DNA from: a virus
Virus record (IMG/VR): IMGVR_UViG_3300017941_000198
Length of the DNA stretch: 38,836 bases
Strand: one strand, 5' to 3'
The position numbers were made by a program, and so were the translations under genes. Shown piece by piece: positions 26,613 to 35,691 of the stretch; the first letter of the stretch is position 1, and every line of letters starts with the position of its first letter. The notes below the pieces were generated by a model. It was not told the DNA's origin, made no database searches, and saw only the letters and a program-made list of their open reading frames with translations.

Positions 26613-27601
26613 ATATCATTTTCTTGGAGGTTAAGTATCCTCATCTTCCAAAAATCCTTAATTGATTTTCCTTCTTTCATGTAATCTTTAATGTCGCCAT
26701 ACTTCAAACTTCTTTCAGCACCCCAACAACAACACTGAAGCAAATCGCCATGAACATTGATTGAGCCGTTACCCCACAAGACGCAAGGCCACCCCATAGG
26801 TGGGGCAGTATGTTTAAACTGGTAAGCCGTTATATTGATTTTTGATATTGCTTCTTCCTGCATCTCCAAAGTTAAATTGCCCAAAACATGTTTGCTGGGA
26901 ATTGTATAATCATTAATAACCAAAGGACTGAAGACGCGTTTGAAATCTGGAAACGTAGCACCCACTAGTTCCCACCAATCATTCATGTAAGCAAAGTTAT
27001 CCTTAGTGATAGTATAATGAACCTCAATCTTTTGATTACTACATCGGTGCTCATCTACGTAATGTAGAGTCTTTATTACTTGTTCAAATTTATCGCCACG
27101 ATGAACTTTCTTGTATATTTCTCGGTTAGATGCTGAAAGTGTAAAACAAGCGCTATCCAAGTTCTTGTCACAAAATAGAAAAGCTCTCTCAGGTTTAGAA
27201 CCACAGCTAAAAGTGTTAGTAGGCAGCCAACCCACAAGTTTATCGTGTGACTTCAAAATCTCTGGCAAGCGCAATTCGTTCTGTGGGTCGCCGTCAAGGA
27301 AATATCGGCAATCCTGGCAATTACTATGAAGCCGCGGCATATTCTCAGCCATGTCTTTTTGAATGTACTCTATTGCTTCCATGCTCATTTCAGCGTAAAA
27401 ATCCTTCTTGCAAAGCTTATTCCACGTGGGGTAACAATAGGAACAGTTTATACCGCTGTATTTAGGATTAGGACCACAGTAATTACTAGTTTCAATCTGA
27501 ACGGTAGTTGGATATTTTAGCCAATGGTATTTGCCATCGATAACATCAATCACTTCGTTGCGTACCATATTGTAATAGGTTCTTGGTCTATGCAACTTCA
27601 T
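26522..27601 (-). CDS. Radical SAM protein with a SPASM/twitch-like C-terminus and atypical CX10CX2C motif
   Basis: QIETSNYCGPNPKYSGINCSYC; CVLW...HGDLLQCC...ICSMC. Confidence 0.8.
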   Translation of the reverse strand: MKLHRPRTYYNMVRNEVIDVIDGKYHWLKYPTTVQIETSNYCGPNPKYSGINCSYCYPTWNKLCKKDFYAEMSMEAIEYIQKDMAENMPRLHSNCQDCRYFLDGDPQNELRLPEILKSHDKLVGWLPTNTFSCGSKPERAFLFCDKNLDSACFTLSASNREIYKKVHRGDKFEQVIKTLHYVDEHRCSNQKIEVHYTITKDNFAYMNDWWELVGATFPDFKRVFSPLVINDYTIPSKHVLGNLTLEMQEEAISKINITAYQFKHTAPPMGWPCVLWGNGSINVHGDLLQCCCWGAERSLKYGDIKDYMKEGKSIKDFWKMRILNLQENDICSMCNLRHPEYKQRLALIQSLMSRMEVKD

Positions 27602-27786
27602 AGGTTGCTACCACCACGCCAGTTTCTTATACTGACCTCGAGTATTGGATGTAAATTACGTGTATGTACATCTCCAAGTTCAAAGAAGATTTCATCCTCA
27701 TCCACAGACAGGAAAAAGCCTCGTCTTGATTGAACATGTATATTCGCATGTTTCAGCTTCTCAAAAATTTTCTTTTTAATATTCAC
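27598..27786 (-). CDS. Hypothetical protein, 62 aa
   Basis: Tightly coupled within the cassette. Confidence 0.6.
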   Translation of the reverse strand: MNIKKKIFEKLKHANIHVQSRRGFFLSVDEDEIFFELGDVHTRNLHPILEVSIRNWRGGSNL

Positions 27787-27787
27787 T

Positions 27788-28366
27788 TTAATGATTAACT
27801 CCTTTGATTATCCAAACTAATGTGAAAGTTACTCTTAGCAACAAATGTTGAAATGCAACTCTGTAATCTCGGAAGGGAATAAAAAAGCGTAACGGGTCAT
27901 CATCAAAGTTTCTTTTATATTTCACGTACATGCGGCAGAACTCCCATGTGACAGGAACAATTCGTTTTGTTTTATAGAAAGCATGAGGGTGCGGAATATG
28001 CTTAGCAAAATCTGGCGATAACACTTTCAGTTTTAAACCTGCTTGTTGAGCTCTAAAAGCAAAGTCGCCATCTTCAAAGCAATACTTAAGTTTTTCATCA
28101 CAACCGTGTAATTGCCAAAAATCTTCAAGATAAACTGCGAAGACACGACTACACAGATGTTTGCCTTCATGGGTTAAAATGAATTCTCCATGTTTCAATT
28201 GAAGAATTACATCCCAGATTTTAGGTGAAATAACAAGATCGTCATTGAACTGAACCATTAAGCCACAACAACCGAACTCTTTAGCAGCAACATTTCTTGC
28301 TTTGCCATAACCTAATGTACGGCAAAAAATTAGTTTGTGCGGTACTGGGCAGTTCAGTGTTTCCAA
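27788..28366 (-). CDS. Short GT2-like glycosyltransferase (N-terminally reduced)
   Basis: YGKARN, VQFNDD, GCDEKLKYCFEDGDFAFR. Confidence 0.75.
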   Translation of the reverse strand: METLNCPVPHKLIFCRTLGYGKARNVAAKEFGCCGLMVQFNDDLVISPKIWDVILQLKHGEFILTHEGKHLCSRVFAVYLEDFWQLHGCDEKLKYCFEDGDFAFRAQQAGLKLKVLSPDFAKHIPHPHAFYKTKRIVPVTWEFCRMYVKYKRNFDDDPLRFFIPFRDYRVAFQHLLLRVTFTLVWIIKGVNH

Positions 28367-28417
28367 CGTTTTAATTTTTTCTTTCGGCTTTAAGGTTATG
28401 ATCGCTATATCGAGCAG

Positions 28418-29764
28418 TTACGGCACCCTCCGTCTAGTCTTTTTGTACAAACTTCTCAAGGTTGATGCCATCGGAAAGTTAGAATGCCTTAGCCAATACT
28501 TCAATTGGTTCTGATCTTTATTGTAGCCATCAACTGCCTTTTGGATATAATCGTAATCAACACCTTTTATTTTGTGTTCTCCAATATAACGTGAAGCATA
28601 CTCATCAATAATCAAATCATTTCGGCAACAGTAATCATGCAAGTCGCTTCCTGGGTAGGGGCTAAAAGTTGCTACACTAAGATGTTCAGGTTTCATTTCT
28701 CGAACCATACTCATAGTCAAGTCTATGTCTTCATGGGTTTCAGTTGGTAGACCCATTAAAATGTTGGCAAATATTTTTATGCCATTTTCATGTAGGATTT
28801 TTGCTGCCTTCAGATTGGTTTCTCTTGTTGTTCCTTTCCGCAGAAACTTCAAGATTTTGTCACTTCCAGATTCAAAGCCGACAATAGCCATTTCCAAACC
28901 CATATTTTTCAATGCCTTGATTATTTCTGGATGCTGAACTGGATAGTTAGCCCTTGACTGAATAATGAAAGGTTTCGGTTCTTCTATTGTATGCAAATAA
29001 TAGTCAATGAATTGTTTAACCCAATCTATATTCTGGAGAAAGCCATCATCATGAATCATCCAACTTTTGAAGCCAGCGCGTTCATGCAACCAAACAAGTT
29101 CGCTAATAACATTTTGAACGCTACGTCTTCTTTCTTCGTTTCCAAACATTGTTCTAGAGCAAGGGAAACAGAAAAAACAGTTTTGCAAACATGACCTACT
29201 GGTTAATATTGTCACGAATGGTTGCTTTCCAGAAAATTTCAATCCCCAAGGATACTCATTCATCCATAATGTTCTGTCAATAAAGGGGATTGAGTCTAAA
29301 TCTACTGGTTCACCTACCAACACTCTTTGAGAGTTTACCCCAACTTTGATGCAGTTTAATAAGTGAGCAAGAGCAACTTCCCCTTCCTTCTGAATAATAA
29401 AGTTTACACGGTTGTCATCACTGAAATCTGAAAGCTTCACAGTGGGATGAACGCCACCAGCAACAATAGTTGCTGAAGGATTAACTTTTTTCAGATGACT
29501 CAAACATTCAAGATAGACAGAGTAATCAATTGTGTTAACACTGAAACATACAACATCATAGACAGCAATTTTTGCTTCATAATCAACCCAACCGCTAAGC
29601 CTTCGAGTGTCAATTAAATCAAGTTGAACACCTTGTTTTTTCGCATAAGCAATCAGCAACGCTACTCCATGATTAATCCAGCGGGTAGTCCAATCATAAC
29701 TTATTGATGCTTGAAAGATTCTGCTACTTGGCAACACAATACACGCTTTCAAGTTATACACCAA
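28418..29764 (-). CDS. Cobalamin-binding radical SAM enzyme (class B methyltransferase-like)
   Basis: IVAGGVHPT B12-binding region; TSRSCLQNCFFC; GFESGSDKIL. Confidence 0.9.
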   Translation of the reverse strand: MVYNLKACIVLPSSRIFQASISYDWTTRWINHGVALLIAYAKKQGVQLDLIDTRRLSGWVDYEAKIAVYDVVCFSVNTIDYSVYLECLSHLKKVNPSATIVAGGVHPTVKLSDFSDDNRVNFIIQKEGEVALAHLLNCIKVGVNSQRVLVGEPVDLDSIPFIDRTLWMNEYPWGLKFSGKQPFVTILTSRSCLQNCFFCFPCSRTMFGNEERRRSVQNVISELVWLHERAGFKSWMIHDDGFLQNIDWVKQFIDYYLHTIEEPKPFIIQSRANYPVQHPEIIKALKNMGLEMAIVGFESGSDKILKFLRKGTTRETNLKAAKILHENGIKIFANILMGLPTETHEDIDLTMSMVREMKPEHLSVATFSPYPGSDLHDYCCRNDLIIDEYASRYIGEHKIKGVDYDYIQKAVDGYNKDQNQLKYWLRHSNFPMASTLRSLYKKTRRRVP

Positions 29765-29780
29765 TCTTTAACTTTTTGCT

Positions 29781-30776
29781 TCAATCAAACTCACCTATTA
29801 ATTCTGGATTATCAAAACATTTCTCGCAATAATAATTGCCGTCAACAGGGTTGAACATCACTTTTGTAACTGTCATCCCACAGTCTGAACATTGATAATG
29901 TTTCTGTCTACTTGGACCTTTAAGTAAACCCCATGCGTAATAAAATCTGATAAGAGGATGAATGTAAGTTACTGTAGCATCTCTTGTTTTAAGAGCTACA
30001 AAGAGTCCGCTGAAAGGCGCAAGAAACAGCCGGTAAATAACACTCCAAGTGTTAACTGGAGATTTCATCTGGATCTTACTCATTGCTCGCCAAATATCTT
30101 TAATCTGAGTGCCATACCAACGTTGCCTTTCCAATTCATCAAATAAACCTTTCCGCAAGTGAATGCTTTGAACATTATAATCTACCTTCCAATTGTAGCC
30201 ATACTTTTTTAATGTCCAAGCTAATACTGTATCGACACCAGCATTAACATTCATAACTGGAAACCCGCCAATTTTTCGCATAACTTCTGTGCGGTAAATT
30301 GTGTTATCTAAAGTCTTACCTAAAGTAAAAGCGTTAGCTTCTCGACTGCGAAGCCATGGGCTTAATTGTTCACCGCGATACTTCTTAGCCACATACTTGA
30401 AAAGCGTAGTCATGCCTTTTGGCTGAGAAACAAAACGCATTCCACTACTAGCAGCCAAATCAGAATCAAAGAACGGCATAGCAACTTTGCTCCACCAATC
30501 CTTAGCTAAAATAACATCTTGCTCGAAACTACAAAAAACCTCTGTTTCAACATATTTTAAAGCTGTGTTAGCTCCATCACTAATTCCAGAGCCCTTGTTT
30601 AAGTAAACATCCCAACCTTTAGCTGAAGCTATATCTCTCGTAGCATCTGCGCTTCGATCATCAACAATAAATTTGTCGTGAACAACTTTTTTAGGGATGA
30701 CTTGGTTGATTCTATCTAAAACTGTACCAAGAGTCCTCTCACCATTTCGAGTCCACATACAAATATCTATTTGCAC
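29781..30776 (-). CDS. GT2 glycosyltransferase with a C-terminal Zn finger
   Basis: IDICMWTRNGERTL, FIVDDRSADAT, SFEQD; CSDC...CEKC; GTG 30776 preferred as start. Confidence 0.85.
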   Translation of the reverse strand: MQIDICMWTRNGERTLGTVLDRINQVIPKKVVHDKFIVDDRSADATRDIASAKGWDVYLNKGSGISDGANTALKYVETEVFCSFEQDVILAKDWWSKVAMPFFDSDLAASSGMRFVSQPKGMTTLFKYVAKKYRGEQLSPWLRSREANAFTLGKTLDNTIYRTEVMRKIGGFPVMNVNAGVDTVLAWTLKKYGYNWKVDYNVQSIHLRKGLFDELERQRWYGTQIKDIWRAMSKIQMKSPVNTWSVIYRLFLAPFSGLFVALKTRDATVTYIHPLIRFYYAWGLLKGPSRQKHYQCSDCGMTVTKVMFNPVDGNYYCEKCFDNPELIGEFD

Positions 30777-30780
30777 TTTT

Positions 30781-31836
30781 TCACAACCACCCTTTAAGGT
30801 GTAGGTACATGATTCCGGTAACACACACCGCTACATAAGAAACGAGCAAAACAAGAAGCCACCAATATTCACGCTTCATCATCTTCCCATTAAATCTTAA
30901 ACCAATTCTACTTGCTAAATTGTATAAGTGAAATCCCAGTGACTTCAGAAACATCGGTACGCCATCCTTAAAACTCCGTTGCAAACTAAACAGTAAAAAT
31001 ATTCTTCCGCGCAGGGTTAACGGAACATAAAATCGTTTAATCTCTACTTTTTTGAAACCATTATTTCTTTTAAACACATCAAGACTTGGATGATTGCCCA
31101 TACGAGCATAAACAAGCCAATGCAAATTCCTATCAGAACATATTTTTACAGCCTTCGCAATCAAAGCATTATTCGGCATCACATCACGAAAAGAAACTAA
31201 ACTCAATATTTGACCAAAGACACCTGTATCTTCTCCACATTGAAGTTCAACAAAACCAACCAACTTATGCTTGAGAAATACATCTCCATCCGACTTTTCT
31301 TCTACCCAAATATACGCGCCTATAATGATGTTGTCAGTTGTAAACACATGTTGCTGTACACTTTCTAATGAAACCCCATAATGGTTAAATCGTCTAAATT
31401 GCCGGATAGGAGTCTCATTATAAATCTTCCAAATACCCTCTGCTAATTTAACTCCTTCTTTCACATCACTAAACGGCGATGAACGCGCATTCGGATCAAT
31501 AATTTTAACTTCAAGCCCTTTTTCTCTCGCCTTCATAAGCCGCGTCTTTGTTTCTTTCGGCAGTTGCTTCAACCAATCTTCATAACTATCAAACTCTGCG
31601 GCAGCAACATTATCACGGCAAACTTTAGCTTTAAACGGAACATTATAAAACTCGTTACACCAAGTTCTCTCGCAGAAATTTAACACATCTATCTCTTTTG
31701 ATTGAAAACTTTTAGGGCTAGGGCAGAAATCCTGTAAGTATTCTGTTGGGCTCTTTCCTATTGTGGCAAATAATTTTCTGTTTAAAACCAATGATTGTGT
31801 TTGGCACTCACGTTCAGCCTCAAGAGACAAACCCAT
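30781..31836 (-). CDS. FemAB/GNAT-fold acyltransferase-like protein with a C-terminal TM helix
   Basis: KTRLMKAREKGLEVK, IYNETPIRQ, NNALIAKAV, LDVFKRNNGF; ATG 31836 overlaps upstream TGA. Confidence 0.75.
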   Translation of the reverse strand: MGLSLEAERECQTQSLVLNRKLFATIGKSPTEYLQDFCPSPKSFQSKEIDVLNFCERTWCNEFYNVPFKAKVCRDNVAAAEFDSYEDWLKQLPKETKTRLMKAREKGLEVKIIDPNARSSPFSDVKEGVKLAEGIWKIYNETPIRQFRRFNHYGVSLESVQQHVFTTDNIIIGAYIWVEEKSDGDVFLKHKLVGFVELQCGEDTGVFGQILSLVSFRDVMPNNALIAKAVKICSDRNLHWLVYARMGNHPSLDVFKRNNGFKKVEIKRFYVPLTLRGRIFLLFSLQRSFKDGVPMFLKSLGFHLYNLASRIGLRFNGKMMKREYWWLLVLLVSYVAVCVTGIMYLHLKGWL

Positions 31837-32228
31837 CAAGTTGCAACCTCCTTGAACTGCCAAACTTTAGAATCATGCCGCTGAGGCAATGTCTCATAAT
31901 GTTTCTTGCAAAATCTATGCTCTTTTTTACTTAGAAGATTTATTCCAGCAACGGCAGCTTTAAGTTTGCAGGAATTAATGGAACATTTACCAAGTGAAGT
32001 TAATTTGGTTTGGTCATAGTTAACTAATGTTGTTTGAGGATTGCCACCTTGATCTAAATGATGTTGCACAAACAAAAGTCGGATAGCTTCTCGAAGTAAA
32101 TCACCAATTTCTAAATCATCCTGGATAGCTAATTTTTTAAGATTTCTTATAATTCCTTCGTCTTCAATGTTCTTAGCCTTGAATGTAGCATACTTGAGCT
32201 TACTATTGATGTCTGGTAATTTCGTCAT
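31836..32228 (-). CDS. RHH-like regulator fused to a Zn finger
   Basis: LKKLAIQDDLEIGDLLREAIRLL; CSINSC...FCKKH. Confidence 0.65.
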   Translation of the reverse strand: MTKLPDINSKLKYATFKAKNIEDEGIIRNLKKLAIQDDLEIGDLLREAIRLLFVQHHLDQGGNPQTTLVNYDQTKLTSLGKCSINSCKLKAAVAGINLLSKKEHRFCKKHYETLPQRHDSKVWQFKEVAT

Positions 32229-32267
32229 TTTTTTGGCTTTTCCTTTTCTTTTGAAACATAAATTATT

Positions 32268-32365
32268 AAGATAAGTTACTAACTTATCTTTTCTAATTAC
32301 TTTCCTTATCAGTAGGATTCCTTTCCTACTGCGAATTTTTTTAAATTACTAACTTATCTTACTAA
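32268..32365. repeat. AT-rich intergenic cluster of inverted and direct repeats (operator or origin candidate)
   Basis: AAGATAAGTT-act-AACTTATCTT (32268-32290); TTACTAACTTATCTT at 32276 and 32346; CAGTAGGA-ttcctt-TCCTACTG (32310-32331). Confidence 0.75.
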
Positions 32366-32366
32366 T

Positions 32367-32555
32367 TTATGACTGTGAACTTCTTTTTTGTTTCAGGATT
32401 TGTTTTCGGTGTCTCTGGTAGTAGAGTTGGTTTTGCTGTTGTTTCTTAGCTTCATGTTGGTCTATTTGCCGGAATCTTTCAGAGATGGCTTGAACTTCTT
32501 TTTTAAAGACAAAAACTAATGTCAATTTTTTGGTCTCCTTTCTTTGTCTGGGCAT
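32367..32555 (-). CDS. Small basic helical protein
   Basis: QQQNQLYYQRHRKQILKQKR. Confidence 0.55.
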   Translation of the reverse strand: MPRQRKETKKLTLVFVFKKEVQAISERFRQIDQHEAKKQQQNQLYYQRHRKQILKQKRSSQS

Positions 32556-32610
32556 TCTTTACGGATTTCGCAGTGTAGTGTTGGGCAGTGTAGGCATGTG
32601 TTTCTGTTTT

Positions 32611-32919
32611 TCATTGTTTCACCATTTTTCTTTGTCTCTCGTTTTTGTGCTGTATGTATTGAGCGGTTTTGGGGCAGGCTTTTAGCCGTAAACGTTTCCC
32701 GTGATCTGGACAAAGTAATTGACCTGACTTGTTGGGTACGCCGTCTTTCTTGAGGACCCAGTGACCCATCATGCCACAGTAGAGTTTGCCTTTTTGGTAA
32801 GGTGTAAAAGTCACTGTTTTATAGCCACTCCTTTTTTTTGCTACGTTTAAAATTTGCCTGGTTGATTTGAAACGCTGGGTTCTTTGACCATTTATGAAAC
32901 ATGCTTTGTAGTCCTCCAT
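32611..32919 (-). CDS. Basic Cys/His protein (start uncertain)
   Basis: YCGMMGH...LCPDHG. Confidence 0.5.
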   Translation of the reverse strand: MEDYKACFINGQRTQRFKSTRQILNVAKKRSGYKTVTFTPYQKGKLYCGMMGHWVLKKDGVPNKSGQLLCPDHGKRLRLKACPKTAQYIQHKNERQRKMVKQ

Positions 32920-33167
32920 TTCTGGGGATTCTCGCCAAACGGTTCAGCCCAGCCCTTCTTACGTAGCTCGCGCAAACGATTATCAGTCAAAAAACTGTAG
33001 CCAAAATAATCCAGCTCCTTCGCAATAATTTGTTGAACTGACAAGCCTTCAGGATAATCTTTGAGAATTTGCATAATCAAAGCTCGGTGCCTAGCATTTC
33101 GAGCTTCTATGATTTCATAAGGCGAAAGTTCCGCAATAGGATTTTTCTCTAAAGTTTGCGTAGTCAT
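32892..33167 (-). CDS. Winged-helix DNA-binding protein
   Basis: LIMQILKDYPEGLSVQQI...NRLRELRKKGWAE. Confidence 0.7.
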   Translation of the reverse strand: MTTQTLEKNPIAELSPYEIIEARNARHRALIMQILKDYPEGLSVQQIIAKELDYFGYSFLTDNRLRELRKKGWAEPFGENPQKWRTTKHVS

Positions 33168-33295
33168 TTCGGGTCAGTCTCCAAATCCACATGTTCGTTG
33201 CTACAATCTTCGCAAGTCTGTTTACGCTCGCAAACTCGCAGTGGCAAACCCTTGCGATCAGGACAGAAACTTGGCAGAACAATTTTAATCGGCGT
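33164..33295 (-). CDS. 43-aa Cys-rich ORF apparently starting at ACG
   Basis: GGAGG 10 nt upstream; in-frame TGA three codons before ACG; stop overlaps the next ATG. Confidence 0.4.
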   Translation of the reverse strand, partial: TPIKIVLPSFCPDRKGLPLRVCERKQTCEDCSNEHVDLETDPK

Positions 33296-33687
33296 TTCTT
33301 TTCAGCCTCCTTAACTTAATCTGCTCCATGCAGCAAACCGCACATTGGCTCAAGCTTACACTCGCCACATGTTGGAACACGATTACGCTCTTGGCATTTA
33401 CGTATCGCCTCATAGCGTTCCTGAAGGCAAGTCATGCAGGACATGCTAGTTTTAAGCCTCCATGTCAACTAAGTGGGCTGTTCCGTCCGGGCAGTAAACC
33501 TTGCCGCCTTTTTTAACACGCGCAAAACGAACTTTGCAGTAACGCATGACACAGCAACCAGTACAATCACGCGATAACATTTTTCTTTTTAGTCCTCCGT
33601 CTTCCTTTGCCTTCACCGAAAAAGTAAAGTGCCCAGCCGATGGCGAATAGCAAGATGGCTGGAGCCAACATTAAGAAGGCTAAAGCT

Positions 33688-34194
33688 CTATGTCTCTTCG
33701 GTTTTGGCATTCAGTTTAAGCCTCCTCTTTTTCTCGCTTTGTTGCTCTAGCTGATACATCATTAATCCAAAGTTGTGTGATAGTTGAAGCCACCATCGCA
33801 AGGTAAACAAGTAAAATAACAGCCAAACAATTGAAAAAGTCATTATACCAAACCAAGCTAATGATGCTTCTGGGACATTACGAACTTGACCGAGAACAAA
33901 CAGAAGAGGCATAGTTAAAATAAAGAACGCCATGAATGCAGAGAATAAACCTACAAAATTCCATTTCTCTTCTAGCTCAGTTTGCGGATAATCTTTGCTT
34001 CTTTTAAACGGATTTATCATTGTTTGTTTGTCTCCTTTTCGTTTGGCATTAAAAGAAACTTTGAAGGGCTTGCTGAGTTTCATATGGGAGAAACGAGAAT
34101 GCTTAAACTCGCTACCAAAGGAAAAAGTTGAAGGATGAGCGTGTAAAAACCTTTGGTGTACCTTTTCCCTGAAACCCAGCAAACCCATGTTCAA
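33688..34194 (-). CDS. Two-TM membrane protein (alternative start ATG 34020)
   Basis: Hydrophobic helices; GGAG 11 nt before 34020. Confidence 0.6.
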   Translation of the reverse strand: MNMGLLGFREKVHQRFLHAHPSTFSFGSEFKHSRFSHMKLSKPFKVSFNAKRKGDKQTMINPFKRSKDYPQTELEEKWNFVGLFSAFMAFFILTMPLLFVLGQVRNVPEASLAWFGIMTFSIVWLLFYLFTLRWWLQLSHNFGLMMYQLEQQSEKKRRLKLNAKTEET

Positions 34195-34442
34195 GCCTTC
34201 CCAAATTTCTCTTTGATTTCTTCTATGCTGGTAAATTGTATTCCGTATTCTTTCATTAGAGTACTGAATTTCTCGAATAATTCCGCTGATTCTTTTCGTG
34301 TGGTTGCAATCGCAGCGTTACCAGCTAGTTGCGTATCAGTTAAGCCAAAGAAACCTTTTTTTACATGAACCAGTTGAACTCGGACAACAAAATAGTCGGT
34401 AGGTAATTGTTTTCCGCTTATGTTAACTTGAACTTCACTCAT
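34191..34442 (-). CDS. Hypothetical protein
   Basis: GGAG RBS 10 nt upstream; ATGA coupling. Confidence 0.7.
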   Translation of the reverse strand: MSEVQVNISGKQLPTDYFVVRVQLVHVKKGFFGLTDTQLAGNAAIATTRKESAELFEKFSTLMKEYGIQFTSIEEIKEKFGKA

Positions 34443-34606
34443 GCCTTGATTTCTCCTTTTTTCGGAATTAAGACGACTCCGCGTTTCTCTGCTTCAGCCG
34501 TGATTTCGTTAAGTTGCCGTTGAATGTCAGCGATACCTTTCTCTAACTTTTCAATGCGATCCATCTGTTCTTGGAACTCTTCTTCTTCAGCTAAGTCACT
34601 CATCAT
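34439..34606 (-). CDS. 55-aa acidic coiled-coil protein
   Basis: Hand translation MMSDLAEEEEFQEQMDRIEKLEKGIADIQRQL... Confidence 0.6.
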   Translation of the reverse strand: MMSDLAEEEEFQEQMDRIEKLEKGIADIQRQLNEITAEAEKRGVVLIPKKGEIKA

Positions 34607-34730
34607 TTCTCACTCCATTTGTCGCACCAGTAATTCTCAGTTGTTTCAAGAAGGTAAGCGTGTGAGTTTGGGCGCTTGCATTTGCCGAATGACCAGTGGC
34701 GGCAATTTCCGCAGTCTTCTAATATTTGAG

Positions 34731-34910
34731 TCATGGTTCGTCAACTCGTAAATTGTTGCAGCCGTAGCAGTTGCTTGAAGGATGCGGAGTAAAACGCGGA
34801 GAAAACTTGCCACAATATTTTGCTGTGCAAAGAAAGATTCTTCTAGGCCTACGCGGATGCGTTCTTTCCCAGCGTAAGCGGTCAAAACGATTCATGTATT
34901 TCTGAACCAT
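34731..34910 (-). CDS. Basic Zn-finger protein, 59 aa
   Basis: CTAKYC...CYGC. Confidence 0.55.
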   Translation of the reverse strand: MVQKYMNRFDRLRWERTHPRRPRRIFLCTAKYCGKFSPRFTPHPSSNCYGCNNLRVDEP

Positions 34911-34912
34911 GC

Positions 34913-35098
34913 CTACATGCCTCCGACTGTAAGTAGCCAAGCATACAATTTCGGGCATGTTTTAGCTTCGCAGTTGACGTTTTCAATGCAGTTTTCGCAT
35001 GGAGCATGAGTCAAAACCGCTTTTAAATGGGGAAACTCTATGCGTAAACGTTTAAGTTGGAAGGGCAGTTCATCAAAAAAGGATTGCTGCGATGTCAC
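34913..35098 (-). CDS. Small Cys-rich protein
   Basis: CENC...C...CPKL. Confidence 0.6.
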   Translation of the reverse strand: MTSQQSFFDELPFQLKRLRIEFPHLKAVLTHAPCENCIENVNCEAKTCPKLYAWLLTVGGM

Positions 35099-35337
35099 GT
35101 CTTAAGTCCCCTTTCCCGGTACCTACCCCACCAAAAACCAAAAGCAAAAACCATCGTACCCGAAGCAAGAATCCAATAACAAAAAGTAAAAGTATCAATC
35201 ATTTGCTTAAGCCTCCTTGTTTTCTGTGAAAGCTTTAATGAGGCGGAAACGTTCAACAAACGGCTTCAAGTCGCGTCCAATCTGCACAAGCTCGGCGAGG
35301 TTCTGTTTTTCTTCTTGGCTCAAAAAAACAACCAATT

Positions 35338-35487
35338 TTAAGCCTCCTTTTTGTGGACACCGCAAATTTTTACTTCTAAAATGTCGCCTACTTGGATTGC
35401 CCAGAGTTCACGCATCGTTACTGGAATGACAAGGCGGAAGAGTTCTTGGACGCTTGTGGTGAATGTGTCGGGTTTTTGTGTGTTCAT
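35338..35487 (-). CDS. AbrB/MazE/SpoVT-family regulator; first gene of the leftward arm
   Basis: Hand translation FTTSVQELFRLVIPVTMRELWAIQVGDILEVKI. Confidence 0.75.
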   Translation of the reverse strand: MNTQKPDTFTTSVQELFRLVIPVTMRELWAIQVGDILEVKICGVHKKEA

Positions 35488-35499
35488 GCTTATCTGCTT

Positions 35500-35650
35500 C
35501 TCCGTTATCGGTTTAGCTGATAACCTTATTTAGTATAGCTGAGTATATAAGATGTTAGGTTTAAAAAAAATATATCTTTTAAAGATATATCGTTTATCGT
35601 TATATGAAAAACCGTTATCATATTACCGAACATAACCTATTAATTTAAAT
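35500..35650. promoter_or_regulatory. Divergent control region with palindromic operators
   Basis: ATATATCTTT-t-AAAGATATAT (35570-35590); GTTATC-9nt-GATAAC (35506-35526); repeated CGTTAT. Confidence 0.6.
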
Positions 35651-35691
35651 GCCAAAAGCTAATTAGTTAAACCATTTGGAGACAATGCAAC

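Noticed and set aside
25127-31934. Short alternative-frame and antisense track ORFs within the enzyme cassette
   Set aside because: Fully overlap long ORFs that carry clear enzyme motifs
34646-34885. Track ORF MTAYAGKE... (79 aa)
   Set aside because: Overlaps two better-coupled Cys-rich ORFs (34731-34910 and 34603-34734)
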